Shown in pieces: positions 26,683 to 32,000 of a stretch of DNA of 32,000 nucleotides (within the stretch, counting starts at the first letter, position 1; the number at the start of each line of letters is the position of its first letter). This DNA comes from Acinetobacter wanghuae (GTDB lineage: Bacteria; Pseudomonadota; Gammaproteobacteria; Pseudomonadales; Moraxellaceae): positions 2,520,001 through 2,552,000 of the forward strand of contig NZ_CP045650.1 in the NCBI RefSeq assembly GCF_009557235.1, in the 5' to 3' direction. Both the position numbers and the translations under genes were made by a program. Under the pieces are notes generated by a model that ran no database searches, was not told the origin of the DNA, and worked only from the letters and a program-made list of their open reading frames with translations.

Positions 26683-28248
26683 ATGCCACAGCAGTCGATC
26701 CATTCGGAACTCAACCAATACCATTTGGGGCTGTGGTATACCGCCTATCGTCTCATTATTAGCGTCGGTTTATTGCTGATTTTTATGCTGACCTATGATG
26801 GCATGGGTTCCGAATATCAATTTCCACAATTGTATGGTTATGTTTTAGCAACGTTTGTCACAATCAGTTCAATCCAACTTTTGACCATTAAACTTGTTAA
26901 AAATTATATTTCACAACAATTAATTATTATTTTCTTTACCGATCTTTGTGCCTTAAGTTTACTGACCCTTGCGACCAATGGTCCAAACTTACATTTAGGC
27001 TTATTGTTTGTGATTACGATTTTTTCAGCGTCTTTGCTCATTGATGCTAAAAAATCCCTCGTCATTACCTTGATTGCTGTCATTAGTGTCATTTATCAGC
27101 ATTTTATCGGCAGTATCTTTGAAATTTCATCTTTAACCAATATTGGCAATAGCACGCTCCTTGCCTTTTTATTTTTTGTGGTCTACGGCACGGGGCAAAT
27201 TGCGGTACGTCGTTTTCAAATTATGGAGAATCTTAATTTCTCCCAATCGATTGAATTGAATCGCTTACAAAATATTAACCGTTATATTTTAGAGCAAATT
27301 GAAACCGGCTATTTAGTACTTGATGAAAACTTTCATGTGGTACTGAGTAATCCCGCAGCGTGTCATTTACTAGGCATTCCTGCCATGTATGCCCATGATA
27401 AATTTCCACTGTATCGCTCCCAACCCGATTTATTTGAACTGATTAAATTTGAAGATTTAGAAAATGGCGAGCGCTTTCAATTTGAATCACAGCAAAGCCG
27501 CTATAACATTCATGTTCAAGTACAAAAATTATTAGTACCTCATCAAACCTTAATTTTGTTAGTTCTGGAAGATGCAAAAAAACTCAATCAGCAGGTACAA
27601 CAACTCAAACTTGCCTCTTTAGGACAGCTTTCAGCCAGTATTGCGCATGAAATTCGTAATCCTTTAGCTGCCATTGTACAGGCCAATGATTTATTCCAAG
27701 ATTCAGAAATAAGTCAGCAAGCCGTTCTAAATCAAATGATTAGTAAACAAGCGATACGAATTGATCGGATTATTCAAGACACCTTGAATATGGTCAAAAA
27801 TAAAGAGATGCACCCCATCTTGATTCAGCTTAATGCGTTCTTGCCGCTGTTAATTCGTGAAGACTTAGCCGATGTTGCCCATCAAATTCGTTTCAACATG
27901 GATATGCCATTGGCGATTCAATTTGATGAAGAACAGCTTCGACAAGTGTTGATTAATTTAGTGCGTAATGCCATTCGACACAATGACCCCGAATTGGATT
28001 ATATCGAAATCAATATTCGCCCTTATGAACATAAAGTATGGATTGATGTGCGTGATTTTGGTGACGGCGTCGCCATCACTGATCAAGCATCTTTGTTTAA
28101 ACCATTTTTCAGCACATCTATTCATGGCACAGGTTTAGGATTATATTTATCGCATAGTTTTTGCGAAGCCAATCAGGCTCAGCTAAATTACATACAACAA
28201 GAACAAGGCGCATGCTTTCGCATTAGCTGCCAACGAATAACAGTTTAA
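26683..28248 (+). CDS. pilS: Sensor histidine kinase PilS (type IV pilus regulation)
   Basis: 521-aa ORF with about 6 N-terminal TM helices, a PAS-like linker, an H-box SASIAHEIRNPL, an N-box LINLVRNAIRH and G-boxes DFGDG and GTGLGL. It is followed directly by pilR. Confidence 0.85.
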   Translation: MPQQSIHSELNQYHLGLWYTAYRLIISVGLLLIFMLTYDGMGSEYQFPQLYGYVLATFVTISSIQLLTIKLVKNYISQQLIIIFFTDLCALSLLTLATNGPNLHLGLLFVITIFSASLLIDAKKSLVITLIAVISVIYQHFIGSIFEISSLTNIGNSTLLAFLFFVVYGTGQIAVRRFQIMENLNFSQSIELNRLQNINRYILEQIETGYLVLDENFHVVLSNPAACHLLGIPAMYAHDKFPLYRSQPDLFELIKFEDLENGERFQFESQQSRYNIHVQVQKLLVPHQTLILLVLEDAKKLNQQVQQLKLASLGQLSASIAHEIRNPLAAIVQANDLFQDSEISQQAVLNQMISKQAIRIDRIIQDTLNMVKNKEMHPILIQLNAFLPLLIREDLADVAHQIRFNMDMPLAIQFDEEQLRQVLINLVRNAIRHNDPELDYIEINIRPYEHKVWIDVRDFGDGVAITDQASLFKPFFSTSIHGTGLGLYLSHSFCEANQAQLNYIQQEQGACFRISCQRITV

Positions 28249-28271
28249 ATTCATGATGAAAGGGGTATAAC

Positions 28272-29687
28272 GTGGAGCAACAACCACTGGTCTTATTGGT
28301 GGATGATGAAGAAGATTTGTGTACGCTCATGCAAATGTCTCTGACACGCATGGGAATTCGCACACACATTGCACATCGTCTTGAAGATGCAAAAAAATGC
28401 CTATCCGATCATCAATATGATGCCTGCTTGACTGACCTGAATCTGCCTGATGGCAATGGTTTACAGCTGCTAGAGTGGATTAGTCAGCGTTGCCCGACTT
28501 TGCCTGTGGCTGTTCTCACCGCCTATGGCAACATGGATATTGCCATCGCTGCCCTTAAAGCGGGTGCATTTGATTTTGTTAGCAAACCGATTAATCAAAA
28601 ACATTTAGAACAATTACTACAAAAAGCACTGAACAAACCTGTCGATTATTATCATCATAATCAACAAGACTCGCTTGAGCATCGTATGCTCATTGGGCAA
28701 TCTCAACCGATTCAACAACTGCGGATTACTTTACAAAAAATTGCGCGCTCTCAAGCACCGGTTTTTATTACTGGTGAATCGGGCACGGGTAAAGAAGTGG
28801 TTGCCAATTTAGTCCATCGTTTAAGTAATCGGAATGAAGGCCCTTTTATTGCCATTAACTGCGGTGCAATTCCAAGTGAACTCATGGAAAGTGAGCTTTT
28901 CGGGCATAAAAAAGGCAGCTTTACCGGCGCAACGCAAGACAAGCAAGGTCTCATTCAATCGGCACATGGCGGTAGCTTATTTTTAGATGAAATTGCTGAA
29001 TTACCTCTTAATATGCAGGTGAAACTACTGCGTGCCGTACAAGAAAAACGAATTCGCCCGCTTGGTTCAGATGGCGAAATTGATGTGGATTTTCGCGTCA
29101 TTAGTGCCAGTCATCAAGATTTAGATGCCTTAGTCCAACAAGGTAAATTCCGTCAGGATTTATATTTCCGTATTCATGTGATGGATTTGGTGCTGCCACC
29201 GCTACGTGAACGCGGCAATGATATTTTACTGCTCGCTGAACATTTTATTCATCGCATTGCGAAAGAATGGCAAATTCCGGCTAAACGTCTCACAGAACGC
29301 AGCAAAGAGCTATTATTAGGGCAGTATTATCCGGGTAATGTACGTGAGTTACGTAATATTATTGAACGTGCGATGACACTATCTGACGATGATACGATTG
29401 ATTTACAACACTTACAGACCGCACCACTCAGACAAACATTTAATCCGAGTGTCGAGAGCCATACGCCTCAAGAGCAAACCACTCATGACACATTTATGGT
29501 GCCCAAAAAATTACCTGAAGAAGGTCTTGAGCGTTATATCGAAAAAATTGAAAAAGAAATTTTACTGAATGCACTGAATATTACGCATTGGAATCGAACA
29601 TTGGCTGCCAAAAAACTTGGCATGTCTTTTCGTTCACTGCGTTATCGTTTAAAGAAATTTGGTTTAGACACAGACGATGAAGAATAG
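28272..29687 (+). CDS. pilR: Sigma-54-dependent response regulator PilR (NtrC family)
   Basis: Receiver domain (LLVDDEEDL, LTDLNLPDG), AAA+ domain (GESGTGKE, GSFTGA, LFLDEI) and a C-terminal Fis-type HTH. GTG start at 28272 with AAGGGG 6 nt upstream. Confidence 0.9.
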   Translation: MEQQPLVLLVDDEEDLCTLMQMSLTRMGIRTHIAHRLEDAKKCLSDHQYDACLTDLNLPDGNGLQLLEWISQRCPTLPVAVLTAYGNMDIAIAALKAGAFDFVSKPINQKHLEQLLQKALNKPVDYYHHNQQDSLEHRMLIGQSQPIQQLRITLQKIARSQAPVFITGESGTGKEVVANLVHRLSNRNEGPFIAINCGAIPSELMESELFGHKKGSFTGATQDKQGLIQSAHGGSLFLDEIAELPLNMQVKLLRAVQEKRIRPLGSDGEIDVDFRVISASHQDLDALVQQGKFRQDLYFRIHVMDLVLPPLRERGNDILLLAEHFIHRIAKEWQIPAKRLTERSKELLLGQYYPGNVRELRNIIERAMTLSDDDTIDLQHLQTAPLRQTFNPSVESHTPQEQTTHDTFMVPKKLPEEGLERYIEKIEKEILLNALNITHWNRTLAAKKLGMSFRSLRYRLKKFGLDTDDEE

Positions 29688-29695
29688 TTTTTGAG

Positions 29696-30865
29696 TTACT
29701 TATGCATAAGTAATAAATCTGTAATATGCGCAATATAGTTATCTTCGCGCATATCTAACGCTAGCGGATAAGTCAGATGCGGCTGTATCCCCGCGCCTTC
29801 AATCATACGACCTGTCGGGCTAAAATATTGCGCAACGGTCATTTGAATAGCAGAACCATTACTGAGTGGAAACAGCTTCTGTACTACGCCCTTCCCATAG
29901 CTTTTTTCACCCACAATCCAAGCACGGTTATGTTCTTTAAGTGCGGCAGTGAAGACTTCAGCTGCCGATGCTGAACGTTGATTAATCAAAATACCAATTT
30001 TTAAACTTGGAAATTCAAAGCTTGGCAAAGCTTGAAATTGTTGATCGCCCTCGGAGCGACTTTTGGTCGAGACAATTACACCCTGATTTAAGAATAAATC
30101 AGCAGATTCCACCGCAGCAGACAATAATCCGCCCGGATTATTTCTTAAGTCGAATAAAACCGCTTTAACGCGATTACTCGGATAACTTTCGATAATCCGT
30201 TTAATTTCATTGGCAGTGTCTTGCTGAAATACTTTGACGTGAATGACCAAGACTTGATTACTATGAAATTGTGATTCAATTTCTGTTTCTATTTTGGTAT
30301 TACGGACTAAATTGATCGCCTGACTTTGCGGAGACAATTGCAACGTTAAAGTCGAACCAATACTGCCGCTCAATAAGTGCCGAACTTGTTCTGGATTCAA
30401 CGTTGTTAAAACTTGATCATCAATTTTGTAGACTGTGATGCCATTACGAAATCCCAGTTTAGAGGAGTCGGCATCTTTATCTAAATCCGAAATAACCCAT
30501 TGTTTTAATTGCGGATGAAACTCTAAGTTAAAATCAAGACTCGCCAATTCACCTTCGGTGTACTGACGTAATTGTTCAAATTCTTCAGGGCTTAAATAAC
30601 GTGAATAACGATCGAGCCCCGCAACAAGTCCTTTAATCGCTTGTTGGAACAAAGCATCATCGTTTTTTTCTTGAATATAATTGTCTTTGACTATGCCATA
30701 AATTTGCACAAATTCCTGAATAGATGATACGGGAATTTCAGCATAGGTCTGCTGATCTGTCTCCATATCATCAAGTGCTGGCTCCTGAGAACCAGCACTC
30801 CAAGCCGGGCTCATACACATCAACAAGCTGGTGAAAACAACCGTCTTCCAATGTGAATGTGCCAT
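29696..30865 (-). CDS. ctpA: S41-family carboxy-terminal processing protease
   Basis: 389-aa ORF with a signal peptide (…SPAWSA), a PDZ-like segment, NPGG, the catalytic-Ser context QRSASAAEVF, and GKGVVQ (catalytic Lys). It lies next to gpmI, as ctpA does in Pseudomonas. The symbol is assigned by synteny only. Confidence 0.8.
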   Translation of the reverse strand: MAHSHWKTVVFTSLLMCMSPAWSAGSQEPALDDMETDQQTYAEIPVSSIQEFVQIYGIVKDNYIQEKNDDALFQQAIKGLVAGLDRYSRYLSPEEFEQLRQYTEGELASLDFNLEFHPQLKQWVISDLDKDADSSKLGFRNGITVYKIDDQVLTTLNPEQVRHLLSGSIGSTLTLQLSPQSQAINLVRNTKIETEIESQFHSNQVLVIHVKVFQQDTANEIKRIIESYPSNRVKAVLFDLRNNPGGLLSAAVESADLFLNQGVIVSTKSRSEGDQQFQALPSFEFPSLKIGILINQRSASAAEVFTAALKEHNRAWIVGEKSYGKGVVQKLFPLSNGSAIQMTVAQYFSPTGRMIEGAGIQPHLTYPLALDMREDNYIAHITDLLLMHK

Positions 30866-30882
30866 GCTATTTCCTTATTATT

Positions 30883-32000
30883 TTAAGCATTTGAAAGCTG
30901 AATTAAGTTACGACCTTTCATTTCTGCCGGAATCGGAAGATTCATCAGGCTTAATAATGTCGGTGCAACATCCGCAAGCACACCACCTTCTGCGATGGTT
31001 GCCGTCGTCGGGCCCACATAAATAAACGGTACATGTTCCGTGGTATGTTGGGTATGGACTTGACCACTGACATAGTCCTGCATTTGCTCTACATTACCAT
31101 GGTCAGCGGTGACAAGCATATGACCTTTTTGTGCCATCACTGCTTCATAAACACGTCCTAAACAGGTATCGACTGCTTCAACGGCTTTCACTGCGGGCAT
31201 CAAATACACCCGTATGACCGACCATATCACCATTGGCATAGTTCACAACTAGTAAGTCGAATTCACCTGAATTAATCGCAGCAACCAATTCATCAGTCAC
31301 TTCATATGCGCTCATTTCTGGCTTCAAGTCATAGGTTGCAACGCTTGGCGATGGAATCAGAATACGTTTTTCACCCGGATATTCATCTTCGCGACCACCG
31401 CTAAAGAAGAACGTCACGTGCGCATATTTTTCAGTTTCTGCAATGCGCAGCTGGGTTTTACCTAAGTTTGATAAGTACTCACCAATTGAGTTGACCAACG
31501 CTTCTGGCATATACGCCACAGGTGCATCAATCGTTGCTTGATAACGCGTAAGCATCACAAATTTTGCAAGGTTCGGTACAACTTTACGTTCAAAACCAGC
31601 AAAGTCTTTTTCAACAAAGGCTTTCGTAATTTCACGCGCACGATCTGCACGGAAATTCATAAAGACCACACTGTCATTGTCATTGATGGTTGCGAGTTCA
31701 CCAATGCGAGTCGCTTTGACAAATTCGTCATTTTCTTCAGCAGCATAAGCCAGTTCAAGCCCTTCAACAGCCGTTGCTGCAGTACGAACCGCCTCACCTT
31801 CAGTCAACAAACGATAGGCTTGTTCAACACGATCCCAACGATTGTCACGATCCATGGCGAAGTAGCGACCAATCATGGTCGCAATACGACCTTGACCCGG
31901 ATATTGTGCAAATAAAGCATCTAATTTTTGCAATGAAGGTGCTGCGCTACGTGGCGGTGTATCACGACCATCAAGGAAGGCATGTAAATACACCGTTGCA
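30883..32000 (-). pseudogene. gpmI: 2,3-bisphosphoglycerate-independent phosphoglycerate mutase GpmI. It runs off the right window edge and is interrupted by a 1-nt frameshift near 31195-31197.
   Basis: Upstream ORF: ...[14 protein letters not shown]...[16 protein letters not shown], then out of frame (RSESR*, stop at 31178-31180). The other frame continues [15 protein letters not shown]...[10 protein letters not shown]...[12 protein letters not shown] to the stop at 30883. The 'M' at 31993 in the ORF track is an internal GTG (Val). The frame is open to base 32000. Confidence 0.85.

Overview
This window looks like a conserved core-chromosome segment of an Acinetobacter-like gammaproteobacterium. 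That call rests on an AT-rich sequence (roughly 40% GC by eye, not computed), a MurD N-terminus [18 protein letters not shown], and gacA-pilS-pilR and xerD-dsbC-hom-thrC synteny. About 30 densely packed genes are supported.

Gene content, in order:
- ruvX
- an AaeB/AaeX/AaeA-type (FUSC-DUF1656-HlyD) efflux operon
- an IclR regulator, an AlkB-family dioxygenase and an ABC exporter
- phoU, tolC and an uncharacterised lipoprotein
- nudF-cpdA and dksA-gluQ
- a small zinc-ribbon protein
- ftsW-murD
- feoA-feoB plus a Cys-rich membrane peptide
- xerD-dsbC-hom-thrC
- pbpG
- gacA-pilS-pilR
- an S41 C-terminal protease
- a 5'-truncated gpmI

I found no rRNA, tRNA, CRISPR array, IS element or transposase, prophage or defence-type gene. 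I also cannot support any new multi-gene system here.

Points worth a second look:
- a 1-nt frameshift in a homopolymer that splits gpmI
- the efflux operon, which has no outer-membrane gene and sits next to a 443-bp palindrome-rich control region shared with an IclR gene
- two perfect stem-loops at the dksA-gluQ junction
- a Fur-box and -10 element that force a shorter feoA
- a hairpin-rich convergent spacer between the ABC exporter and phoU
- a conserved-synteny gap filled by an unknown lipoprotein

Several ORF-track starts were moved to internal ATG or GTG codons with better Shine-Dalgarno spacing. All homology statements come from motif recognition by eye, not from searches.
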